A stretch of 64,000 nt of DNA, taken from Lama glama (taxonomy: Eukaryota). This document shows positions 53,273 to 64,000 of this stretch, piece after piece. The stretch is from assembly GCA_028534125.1 (NCBI GenBank), contig CM052816.1, positions 73,968,001 through 74,032,000 of the forward strand, written 5' to 3'. The notes under the pieces were generated by a model. That model was not told the origin of the DNA. It made no database searches and worked only from the letters and a program-made list of their open reading frames with translations. A program made the translations under genes and the position numbers. The stretch's first letter is position 1. The number at the start of each line of letters is the position of its first letter.

Positions 53273-53617
53273 AATCAGTGAGTGCTTTCTTAACAAAAAG
53301 CCTGTAAGACAATAAGGTGAGGTGGGTTTTTATTTTTTGTTTTTCTATTGCCAATATCAATATACAACGAACCTCATGAAGCCTATGTTGCTTTATTACA
53401 AACTTGATCTAATTATTTTCAACTATTATTGCATAGTCTGGTCTCTACAATAGACAGAAACAATTTTTATTATAGAAAATCGGGGTGTTTTTATTATAGA
53501 AAACCAGGCATTGTGCTTGCCTCTGTATTGCCTGTGGACAGCCAAACTGACAAGTGGTCATCTTGTTTGTTTAAAAAGCAAAGCAATGTGAGATTATAAA
53601 AAGTATGTCTTTATTAG

Positions 53618-53729
53618 ATGTCGGACTGAATACGAAGTTAAAGATCAAGCTGCAAAAGGAGATGAAGTGACTCGAAAACGATTCCATGCATTTGTACTCT
53701 TTCTGGGAGAACTTTATCTTAACCTGGAG
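53618..53729 (+). CDS. PAIP1: PAIP1 exon 5 (CRTEYEVKDQAAKGDEVTRKRFHAFVLFLGELYLNLE)
   Basis: Acceptor ttattag|ATGT, donor GAG|gtgagg; 112 nt; MIF4G FLGELY motif. Confidence 0.97.
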
Positions 53730-55015
53730 GTGAGGAAGAATTTTTCTTTTGTTCAGCATTGACAAAGCCTGAGAATATAAATTGGATCTCAATAGGGATT
53801 TGTGTTTGCATTACTCATTTACAACAGTAAATGTGAAATGGAAGAGAAAGAAAATAATATCTCAGTACCTACTTGTGGTAGTACCTGTCCTCTAATGGAA
53901 CATTTGTACCATTTTGTTTTCCTATTCATGGGCAGGTGTTGGGAAATAGTTACTAAGCATTTTTAAGTCTTTGTCTACATTTGGAAAGACATGGCTTACA
54001 TGCGAGTTAAGCTTTTGGAATACAGATAATAATGTTTTGAATTCTTGCATCATAAATATTAGTATGTTCAGTACGTTGACTTTCAGGTAGTGGCTCAAAA
54101 GCAACTTGCCCTACAGAATACAAGCTTGAGTGAAGAGGGGAAAGACTAGAGTTTCTGGGGTTTTTCACCTAATTCACCCACAGTAGTTGTGGTCTTATTT
54201 TATATGTTAAATCTTCCACGTAAAATGTGTTTGTACAAAGTCTACAGCTAAATTGGTTGTATACTTGAATATATGCTTATTGGTAGGCAGCAAAAGTGCT
54301 GAATGTTACTTTGTAATGAAATGGATTTGCTTGATTTTTTTTTTGACTAGTTAGTCCTGGATATGAGTATACCTTTGTAAACCCTGATTTGAAGACTTAG
54401 TATTGTAAAAACCACTGAAAAGCCACATAAACCCACCATCAAATGTGCATCTCAGTCAATGCATCTAAAAGGTCTATGGCCAATCTAAAAGGTCTGTGGC
54501 CTATCTTGTACCTAATTTGCCACAAAATAGCCTTAATTTAAAAAAAAAATCTCATGCCTTAATCTTCAGTTAAAATTTTTATATAAGCCAAATAAGGGCA
54601 CCAATCTACAATGTACCTTAAATGAAGAGCTACTTGAAGAATGCTGTTGAATATCCTGTGTAAAAGTAATGATGCTGTGTGAAGGGCGGGTGGGGAGTAT
54701 GAAGATAAGACATGGCTCCTGAACCTGTAATTTTTCAAGCCAGAGATCTGGGTATGTATACCATTCTGATACAAGTTAGATTTTAAGTAGTACAAAAAGC
54801 AGAGTAAATGTTCTTTGTTTCCCCAAAAAAGCTGTTAAGCTTAATAGGCTAGAGAATGCTTTATGAAACAGTAACATTAAAAGAGGCTTAAATTATCCTG
54901 ACCATATGTTTTATATTTTTTAACTTAAAGCACTTATTTTGTCAACACTTTGTTAGGCCATTTATGTATCTGTATTATATTTTGGCATTGCTTTTCATTT
55001 CTTTTGTCCCAAAAG

Positions 55016-55141
55016 ATCAAAGGAACAAATGGACAGGTTACAAGAGCAGACATTCTTCAGGTTGGTCTTCGGGAGTTGCTAAATGCCCTCTTTTGTAATC
55101 CTATGGATGACAACTTAATTTGTGCAGTAAAATTATTGAAG
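55016..55141 (+). CDS. PAIP1: PAIP1 exon 6 (IKGTNGQVTRADILQVGLRELLNALFCNPMDDNLICAVKLLK)
   Basis: Acceptor ccaaaag|ATC, donor AAG|gtaggt; 126 nt; ORF 54950..55171. Confidence 0.97.
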
Positions 55142-55329
55142 GTAGGTTTTAATTTTTTTATTAAAATGTAACTATTTCATCCCTTTTAGTGTATAACTTA
55201 GAGGAAGGAAAGTTGTATAGTACACAAATGAATTCAAGCTTAAGGTACTAAAGTTAAATATTGATATTTAACTTCACTCTTGAATTTAAATATTGGAAAA
55301 GCAATGTAACTTACTGTTTAATATAAGAA

Positions 55330-56040
55330 GCAAATTTTAGAAGTGTAAAGTGGAAGTCCTTCACCCCATCTGTAAATTCCCTTTCCTTTCCCGTCAGTAT
55401 ATGTGCCCCCATAAGTAAGATCTTAACTCTGTTGCGGCTTGCTTTTTTACCACCTAATGAAGATCTTGGATCTTTACATGGGATATAGATTTGCTTCCCT
55501 CTTCCATAACTTCCCAGTATTCCATCTATGCATGCACATGTTTTTTCGATTCTGTCATTGAACTATTGAGTTATTTTCAGTTTAGCCACTAATAGCACTT
55601 GTCAGTAATCTTTCATCATGTCTTTATATATGTAGTTGTTTTTGTGACTTAAATTCCTAAACATAGATTTTGGTGGCTCAGTGAGCATGTATACCTTAAT
55701 TTTGATAAGTAATGCCAAATTTCCCTTCCAAATGCCTAACCAACAGTGAATGAGTACACACCTCTCTCCCCATGTCTTTATCAGTGATGGATATAATCAA
55801 CCCTCGGTTTTATTTTGTCATAGGTGATGAGTAGAAACAAAAAGCTTATTTTAATTTACATTTTCCTGATTACTAGTGAGTTTAAGCCTTTTTTCATGTT
55901 GATTAGCCATTTTTTCAGTTTCTGTGAATTACCTGTATTTATATCCTTAACTCGTCTTTTTTTCATAAAATTTGAAGTTTGTTTTTTTAATTCAAAGCTT
56001 CTATTACTTATTGCATGTTTCATATTTCAAAAAGTGATAT
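55330..56040 (-). mobile_element. Old L1ME-like remnant in PAIP1 intron 6
   Basis: taaattccta..taattttgataagtaatgccaaatt..ccaacagtgaatgagtac..ttttaatttacattttcctgattactagtgag. Confidence 0.6.
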
Positions 56041-56331
56041 GTTGATTAAAATTTTATAGCCCATCTTAGTCATACAGCAAATATACAATATAGTCACTGG
56101 TACATAAAACCTATAATTAAAGTTCTGCTATGGTTCAACTCCTTTTAGTTTCTCCCAGTTGAGAAAAATGAAGTATAGCAATCCCTGAATATTAGATGAT
56201 AGAGAATAATTGGGAATATTTTACTTGCTAAATTCCTCTTGTTCAAAGAATACTTGAACTGCTACTAATATCTTTTTAGAATTTCTATACTTTATTGAAT
56301 GCTTTATTTCACTGATAATTGCTTTTTTTAG

Positions 56332-56438
56332 TTGACAGGCTCTGTTTTAGAGGATGCCTGGAAGGAAAAAGGAAAGACTGATATGGAAGAAATTATCCAG
56401 AGAATTGAAAATGTTGTCCTGGATGCAAATTGCAGCAG
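56332..56438 (+). CDS. PAIP1: PAIP1 exon 7 (LTGSVLEDAWKEKGKTDMEEIIQRIENVVLDANCS-R)
   Basis: Acceptor tttttag|TTG, donor CAG|gtagga; 107 nt. Confidence 0.97.
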
Positions 56439-56810
56439 GTAGGAAAAGAGCTAATGTAGATAGCCAGTAAATCTCAATTCCATGCTTTTTTCTTTGGAGG
56501 TTGTTTTTAATATGCTGTACTTCATCAGCATAATTAATCTTTGTAGACCTACAGAAATATTTTCTTTACCTATGGCTTCTGCTTACCTAGCCATTTTTTC
56601 TTTTATTAAATTGAAAAAGTTAAGATATTCCTATAGTAATAAGAGTCCACTGAAAAATAAAATGATTCAGACTTTGAGTAAATATTTGGGTAAAGATACT
56701 GTTAAGTCCAGTTGGAGTATAAAAATGTTTGCAGGATCACACTGCCTTTAGAACAATATGTAGTCAGAGTTACATGGAACAAATTTCAAGGCTGTTTAAA
56801 AAAAAAAAGG

Positions 56811-58501
56811 CGGCAAGAGCTGGGCAGTGGGGTGCGAGTACATACGTGGGACCGTGGGACCTGGCTGTGACTCCAGAATCTTGGTGAGGCCCAGTCTACA
56901 CAGCACCTCAAGCCGCCACCATGGCCACCTGCAGGCTCGTGCTGATCTGGCACACAGCACTTGGAACCTGGAAGCTTCTTCAGTGGGTGGTCCAGTGTCG
57001 ATCTGAGCTGGGCAGGGCATGTGCAGGTGCTGAGAGATGCTATGAGTTTGACATCTGCTACACCTCAGTGCAGAAGAGAACAATTCGGACCCTCTGGAAA
57101 ATGCTGGATGCCATTGACCAAATGTGGCCACCAATGGTGAGGACTTGGCACCTCAATGAGCGGCACTACAGGGGTCTGACTGGCCTCAGTAAAGCAGAAA
57201 CTGCTGCCATGCAGAGCAAGGCCCTGGTAAAGATTTGGAGGGGTTTCTTTGAAGTTGCACTATCTCCAGTGGAGCCCAGTTATTCCTTCCACAGCAACAG
57301 CAGTGAGGATTGCAGACCTCACTGAAGATCAGCTACCCTCCTATGAGAGTCTTAAAGGATACTGTTGCTAAAGCTCTGTCCTTTTGAAAAGAAGCTGTTC
57401 CCCAGATAAAGGAAGGGAAAATGGTACTGATTGCTGTAGGTCATGGCAGCAGCCTTCTGAGGGTATTGTCAAGCATCTGGAGGGTCTCTCTGAAGAGGCT
57501 GTCATGGAGTTGAGCCTGCTAACTGGCATTCCCATTGTCTGTGAACTGGAAGAGTTTGAAGCCCATCAAGCAGTTCCTAGGGAATGAGGAGACCATGCAT
57601 AATACCACGGAGGCTGTGGCTGCCCAGAGCAAGACTAAGAAGTGAGGGCAAGCAGCAGACAACTCCGATCTCATTCCTCTGCACTTTTTCCCTGCACATG
57701 TCACACTGACCACATCTGTAGGCATCTTAATTTGGAGCTGCAGGTGGGGTCTGGTGGCTCCCAATTTCGTATTAGCCATTTTTTCTCTTGCACCCCTTCT
57801 TATAATCTAGTTAGAATGGCACCTCTGGGGCATGGTCCTCAGTCCAAAGCCAAAGGAAGACTTGTCAAAGAGGGTAGAGAGACAGTAGCTCTGGGGGGTT
57901 TGCTTATGTTTTATTAATTACTAAAGATCTGCTTGAGTAGGGGATACGGAGGAACCATACTGAGACATGACCATTGAGGAGAGGCTAGAGAGCCTATTTC
58001 TGTTCAGTTCTGTAGTATTCTGTGGTCAGGTGACTGACTCAGGATGGGCTCCAGTCGTTCCAGTGGAAGATGAATGTAACTTGTGTGGCGATTCAAGCAA
58101 ATAGTTCTCCCTGGCTCCAGAAGATTGGGATCAATCCTGAATGTTCACATGTTGCATGTACTTTTACAAATACATAATTTAAAAGGAAAAAAAACCTTTG
58201 GGGTTTCTAGTGGTGGTTGAAATATTCCCACATGTGGTCGCCAGAAAATAAGCCATTATTTTACACCAACATGGGATAAGCTCCTTGACCTCTAAGGTGT
58301 AGGAGTTCATCCTGTTGTGTGTTTTAGAATCCCTCCCTGTCTTGTTTTCTGGCAGTGGAATACCTCTTCATCACATGCAGGTGTGTTTCACTGTGCCTAA
58401 CTTCTAAATCATGTTCCCGTTGGCTTGGCCCAGTACTCATTGAGCATAACTGTACTAAGTCTTTTTTCAAATCAGTATAATAGAAGAGTGATATGCAATT
58501 T
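56811..58501 (+). pseudogene. PGAM1: Processed pseudogene of phosphoglycerate mutase 1 (5' UTR, disabled CDS 56921-57645, 3' UTR) in PAIP1 intron 7
   Basis: Intronless PGAM-like peptides in shifting frames: [87 protein letters not shown]-stop at 57643-57645; RHG motif lost; flanked by TTT-A(n)-GG repeats at 56795-56810 and 58499-58510. Confidence 0.95.
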
Positions 58502-58660
58502 AAAAAAAGGTAAATTTGTTTCTAGACATTATAGGAAATGTCTAGAAAATTTAAGCACTAGATATACATGTTTAAACTTGAAACAAAATTTTAGGCATCT
58601 AGTATTTTAAAGCATGACAGCATGTACTCATTTTAACTCATTTTCAACTTTCATCTGCAG

Positions 58661-58778
58661 AGATGTAAAACAGATGCTTCTGAAGCTTGTAGAACTTCGG
58701 TCAAGTAACTGGGGAAGAGTCCATGTAACCTCAACATACAGAGAAGCAACACCTGAAAATGATCCTAATTATTTTATG
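58661..58778 (+). CDS. PAIP1: PAIP1 exon 8 (DVKQMLLKLVELRSSNWGRVHVTSTYREATPENDPNYFM)
   Basis: Acceptor tctgcag|AGAT, donor ATG|gtatgc; 118 nt; ORF 58614..58880. Confidence 0.97.
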
Positions 58779-59549
58779 GTATGCCAGTTTTTACATTTTA
58801 AATTTTGCTGTTGCCCTGAATTCAGTTTTGGAAATTTCTATGTAAGTTACATAAAGCTGTTCTCAGAACTTAATACCTAAAAACTCTTCACTAGCTTAGG
58901 GTCACATGACAGCCAGCAGACCAGGCCAACAGGAGAAGAAACATGAATTCCTCAGTGAAAAAGGATGGACTAGAGAAAGATCCATCCAGTGGCGAGGGAA
59001 ATTAGTAAGGCTTGGACTTGGGTGGGCGTAGGGATTCCACAAAGCAGTTTTTCCAGAGAATTCATAATCAGAGGCCCGTGTCAAACTTTTCCTTTGCATG
59101 TGGTAGTAAAAGTAAATTAAGAAAATAGTTACCCAGGCCAGTGATGTCCTGAAGCTCTCAATAGGACCAAACATAAAGCCACTATGGAGGAATGCTCCTA
59201 CAACCTCGGTCTTGGAAATTCTTAAAATAAAAAATTGTGGGGAGTGGAGAACCACAACTGAAAATCAGCTGACACTAAATCACAATGCACAGCTCAGCAA
59301 GTCACCATGAGTTTGACAGGCAGTAGACAGCAGGATGAGAACCACAGGAACTTGACGTAATAGAAATCTGAAGACTGTAGACTTTCCGAATGAAATGAAA
59401 ATTCATTTCTGAACGGAAGGAAGGAAGTTAGTTTTTTGCTTGTTCTTGTATTATCAGGTGCAGATGAGTGACGTCAGCCATGCTTTATTTAATGTGGTTT
59501 AATAAGTCAATTCTGAAACGGTTACATATTTTTATCACTCTGATCCTAG

Positions 59550-59604
59550 AATGAACCGACATTTTATACATCTGATGGTGTTCCTTTCACTGCAGCTGAT
59601 CCAG
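59550..59604 (+). CDS. PAIP1: PAIP1 exon 9 (NEPTFYTSDGVPFTAADP)
   Basis: Acceptor atcctag|AAT, donor CAG|gtatgt; 55 nt. Confidence 0.96.
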
Positions 59605-60229
59605 GTATGTTGGCTCAGTCATTTTCCTCCATTTTTTGGTCAGATAGTAAACTACAGAAAACCATACCCTCACGGGCACAAAGTTGCAGTTCTGTGAAGA
59701 GCGCACATCATTGTTAAATTTAGGGTAAAGGTTCGTAGAATAGTCCTTCAGTTACCACTTAGAACTATTTCAAATGGAACATCTGACTCAGTGTAGTGTC
59801 TTGTCACCCTAACAGTGAAGGATTGGAAGAATTCCTCAATTAAAAGAAAGCATTTTTATATTTCCTCTAATATTTTGTTTTTAAACTCAAACTTTCAGGT
59901 GGTTACAAGGGAAGGGAAGGAGGCATAGTGTGCTGTATAGTCAGTGGCTTTTATTGGTGTTGGTTAATACTTACAGATACTGACATGGATTTTATTAATA
60001 CTTGGTGGTCAAAAATTAATTAAAATCTAAATCTCTGCAGCCTTCGCCTTCCAGAAAAGGGTCACTTACGGAATGATTGCTTAAGTTGTGATAAATAGAA
60101 CTGCAGTGTGAGCAAATTTTCCCACTTGGTACAAAATTATAGCCAGCTTGTCAGAATTTTTCTGTTTGTTTCCTCTAGATAGTGGACACTGCCTGTTGTA
60201 TGTCTCTAGCACAAAGGAGGTGGAAAGTA

Positions 60230-61900
60230 GGACTGCTTAACTTTTCAATTTAAAATTATGAAACATTAAAAAAAATTTAAGAACCACAGAAAACTGGCCT
60301 ATTGATTTACTGTCAAGAATAAACCAATTTCATTTTTCCATATCAATATACGCTTTGGGTCTTTTCAAAGAAATAAAACCCTGTAGATAACACTAAACCA
60401 TTCTCTGTTCTTAACTGATCCCTTAACTGAGTCCTTCCATCGCTTCCCTCCCAGAGGTAATTATCATCCTGAAGTTGGTGTCATTGTGCTGTCATTTTTA
60501 CTTCCATATGTCTGTAAACAATAGGTATTATACACAGGAGTACTAACCTCTGTGATATCTTACTGTGCACATGTTTTTTGCTACTTACTTTTTATTCGAT
60601 ATTTCAATATTTATCCATGTTGATGCATATATAGCTTTAGTGGATTCATTTTAAATGCAAAATGTTGTCTTACTCAGAGTAAACCACAATTTATAGGTAC
60701 CTACATTTATGGGTGGTCAGGTAGTTCACACTTGTTAATACCCAGTGCTGTGCAAACATCTTTAAGAACCTTTGTGCACATGCAGGAGTTTCTTTGGAGT
60801 AAGGAAATAGAATTGTTACATTATAGGCTTTGTGCATCTTCAGCTTCATTATGTGTTGCTGAACTGCTTTCCAGCATGATTATACCACTTAATATTCCCA
60901 CCAGCAGCTTGTGAAGGTTCCTGTTTTCTGTTGTTGGCAACACTTACATTAACCAGACCTATTTTTTTGTCAGTCTGTTTGTATGAAGTTGTAAACTTTT
61001 ATTTCCTGACTAATGATAGCGAATTTCTTTTCATGTTTCTATTGACTTTCTGATTTTTTTCCTTTGAGAATCACCTGTTTGCATCCCTTGCCTATATTTG
61101 TATTGGATCATTTGTCTTCTTGATTTGTAATGACTTACTTGATCTAGAAGGTGATCCTCAGTTTATCCCAGTATGCGCTGTCTTTCCATTTTATTTCCTG
61201 ACACGTAGAAGCCTTGAGTGTTAATGCAAACTAAATGTATCTGTCTTGTTTGTGCTGTGACTATTCCCTTACTATGATCAAATTCTATTTTCTTCTAAAC
61301 TTCGTTGCTTTTTATATTTAGATCTTTACTCTATCTGGCTAGTTTTTATATGTGTGATATGGTAGAAACTAAATATTCCATAGTCACTTGTCTTTGCAAC
61401 AGGTCATCCTTCCTTTCTTGGATAAAATGTCCCTCTGTTGTGTACTATGTAACTTCCTATAAATTTGTCTTATTCCTGTGTCTGTGCACATGGATCTTTT
61501 CATCTGTCTCGACACCAATACCACATTCTTAATTATTCTTACCTTACCAGACACTAAGATTTCAGTAAGACAAATTTTCCTTCTTCCCTTATTCTTTGAA
61601 GTTACTGTGATTCAGTTTGGTTTTTTGTTCATCTTTGTCTAATCTTTTTATTTCTAGTGACTGTTTTGTTTATAGAAATCCAGTTTGGCTTTCAATCTGA
61701 ATTGTTTCTGCATTTTGTTCAAAATATCTTGATCTTAAAGTTTCAAGTCCCTTTTTTCTCATTCTAAACATGCTTGTTTTTGTTTCATATTTTTGTTCTC
61801 TTAATTCTAACTGCTGTTATTTCTAATTATACACAAAATTGTTTCTTTATGTTGTGATCTTTTTTTGGAATCATATTTAACTGTCTTAAATTTTTTTTGA
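60230..61900 (-). mobile_element. Old L1M remnant in PAIP1 intron 9
   Basis: cccagaggtaattatcatcctgaa, tatttatccatgttgat, attcccaccagcag..gaaggttcctgttt, caataccacattcttaattatt. Confidence 0.65.
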
Positions 61901-62415
61901 AGTAATTTCAAACTTATGGTAAAGTTACAGAAGTAAAAACTGTACGAAGAACATCCATCTGCCTTACTCAGACGTACCTTTTGTTAACATTTATCCATTT
62001 ATCCAGCTTACTCCATTTATCACTGTTCTCTCCATGCTCACGTTTTTCTAAACCATTTGAAGTTAACATGGCCTTTTATGACTGCTCCAGTGTTTTAACT
62101 GCATGTTTTTCTTTGTGAAAACTCCTTGTGGCTTGGATTATAGGAATGTCTATCCAAATTGGGGTTTCTGTTTGCTCGTGTCAGGAGCCACAGGAGTAAC
62201 ACTGGCTTGGAACAAGTTTCTGTTTTCTTGTCATGAGGATTCTTTATATAGACAGTAGAAATTTGAAGTGCAGGTCCATTGTTACAAGTTCTCTGGGGAA
62301 CCCGTTTCTTTAGAGCACTTCTGTCCTCGCTCCAAACCCAGGCGGACACGTCCAGGCTTCTTTGCCATCTGCCTTTGCCACCTTGGGGTATTTTTTTTTT
62401 TTTCCTTACACACTG

Positions 62416-62660
62416 TTTTTGTGGTGGTGGTGGGGCAGGGTATTTAGGGTTTTTGAGGCGGGGGGCAGTTAGGCTTATTTATAAATTTTTAAATGGAGGT
62501 CTTGGGAATTGAACCCAGGACCTTGTACATGCTAAGCACATGCTCTACCACTGTGCTATACCCTCCCTCTAGGTTTATTTTTTAACAAAAGTACTGCGGA
62601 TTGAACCCAGGACATTGTGCGTGCTAAGCACACACTCTGTGACTGAGTTGTATCCTCCTT
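62416..62660 (-). mobile_element. Two Vic-1-like SINEs, one (about 62450-62569) nested in the other
   Basis: Two attgaacccaggac..tgctaagcac.. bodies; TAGG(G)TTT flanks at 62445 and 62570. Confidence 0.8.
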
Positions 62661-63732
62661 GTTTTTTCTTGATCTACCTTTTGCTTGAGATACTAGCCCT
62701 CTGAATGTCCCAGGTTTGTGTTGGTGAGATGGATGTGGGGCATGAATTCCATCTCCTTGTTTCACACGGGCCCAAGACCTTGCTTTCTGACCTTTGGGTT
62801 TTAAAATCCAAGCCCCTTTGTTACTTAAGACCCCGTGGTCTACTAGCCTCCCAGCTGTAGTAGTTATGTATGTATGGCTTTCAGTTATGTCATCTGGTGA
62901 CTTTTTTTTTAAACTAATTTGTACATTTAAAAGAATGTCTTATCTGTGCCTTGAGCATTTGTGGCAGGAAGGTTTGGAAGGTTTTATAGTTAAAATTGTC
63001 TTCAAATTGCCAAGATTGGATGTCAAAATATCGCTAAGCCTTTAGGGTGGAATTATTTTTATGGAGAGTAACAATCTTGGAAAAACATGGTCTCTACTCT
63101 GTTTAATTATATTATCCTCTTGAAATTTGAGGTATTTGTTATTCCCAAGAAACTAATTGTAGGTAACTACTTTCAATATATACTGACCCATTTTATTATT
63201 CAGAGGTAAGGACTCCATACACACATGCCAATCTTAAAAGATACTCAGTAACACTGCCTAAGTCAGTTGGCAGGTGGAGAGCTGTAATATCACCTGTTTG
63301 CTGTAGAAGAGCCCATCCAAGGGAGAGCTGATGTTGCTGAAACATTTATCAGGTAGCTACCTTCCAGCTGTCTCTGCGGAGAGGGAAGGAAAGAAAATCC
63401 CCTGTGCTCGAAACGTTTGCTAGGTTAGCCTCCTCTGATTGAGAAACTTGGACCAATGATGGCTCTTATCTGGTAGCCAGATAGCTCACTGTATCTCTTA
63501 GGAGTAACGGGGGAGCCAGAAACTAGGAGGTTTGATTGAAATCCCTCCTCGTGGAAGGAAAAACAGTAGTATGGAAGAAACATGTTCTTCCCCAACAAGT
63601 TAGGACAATACTTGGTCTGATGGAAAGCAGCAGTAGAAATTATAAACAGCATACACATTGGCTGTGAAGTGTACTCTGGTATATTCATAGTGGCTTTGAT
63701 TTCCAACCTATATTTAGAGGAATATTAAATGG

Positions 63733-63955
63733 ATACTTGACCCAGAACAACATATTTGAACCGCACAGGTCTATTTATATGTGAATTTTTTCTACAGTAT
63801 ACATGGGGTTAGTTGTACTACAGTACCACATGGGGTTAGTTGAATCCACAGATAGAGGAACTGCACATAAGGAGGGCTGAGTAAGTGATACACGGATTTT
63901 CAATTGTATGGAGGGTCAGTCGCCCTTACCCCCATGTTGTTAAGGGGTCAGTGTA
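63733..63955. mobile_element. Tigger2a/MER28-like non-autonomous DNA transposon
   Basis: Degenerate TIRs ttgacccagaacaaca .. tgttgttaaggggtcagtg-ta; internal gttgaatccacagat..gaggaactgca. Confidence 0.7.
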
Positions 63956-64000
63956 TAATTCATGAGCATGTGATGGCGGGGGAGATAAAGCAAGCCAATT

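Larger units (their letters stand above)
37918..59604 (+). other. PAIP1: PAIP1 gene, coding exons 1-9; final exons (acidic PAM1 tail) lie beyond the right edge
   Basis: Nine in-phase GT-AG exons (268,167,186,113,112,126,107,118,55 nt) encode MSDGFDRAPG...PAM2...MIF4G...GVPFTAADP. Confidence 0.97.

Noticed and set aside
59469..59476. Perfect CRE TGACGTCA in PAIP1 intron 8
   Set aside because: A single 8-mer is expected about once by chance in 64 kb; no supporting context
59605..64000. PAIP1 exons 10-11 (DYQEKYQELL..., acidic tail)
   Set aside because: Not found in the remaining sequence; most simply they lie beyond the window, so this is not evidence of gene truncation

Overview
Mammalian genomic DNA, most likely a camelid (alpaca/llama/camel), judged from several tRNA-derived Vic-1-type SINEs and a camelid-type L1 3' UTR. 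Two genes lie head-to-head about 14 kb apart, each starting in a CpG island. NNT (mitochondrial NAD(P) transhydrogenase) is on the minus strand: non-coding exon 1 near 23.5 kb, coding exons 2-7 down to 2605, and the rest off the left edge. PAIP1 (poly(A)-binding protein-interacting protein 1) is on the plus strand: coding exons 1-9 from 37918 to 59604, with the last exons off the right edge. All junctions I traced are GT-AG and in phase, and both reading frames are intact. PAIP1 intron 7 holds a full-length, disabled, sense-oriented PGAM1 processed pseudogene. The remainder is intronic or intergenic DNA with typical repeats (L1, L2, MIR, MER20, MER33, MER5, Tigger2, MaLR/ERVL LTRs). Repeat names are from memory of consensus sequences, not from a search. 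I found no convincing new multi-gene system. The best leads are small-scale: the intronic PGAM1 retrocopy with a degraded poly(A) signal, a perfect competing 'poison' donor after NNT exon 6, a telomere-like tract inside a MER20, a polyadenylated LTR retrocopy with a TSD, a fold-back hairpin plus duplication inside an LTR, and TOP/uORF/GGA features of the PAIP1 leaders.
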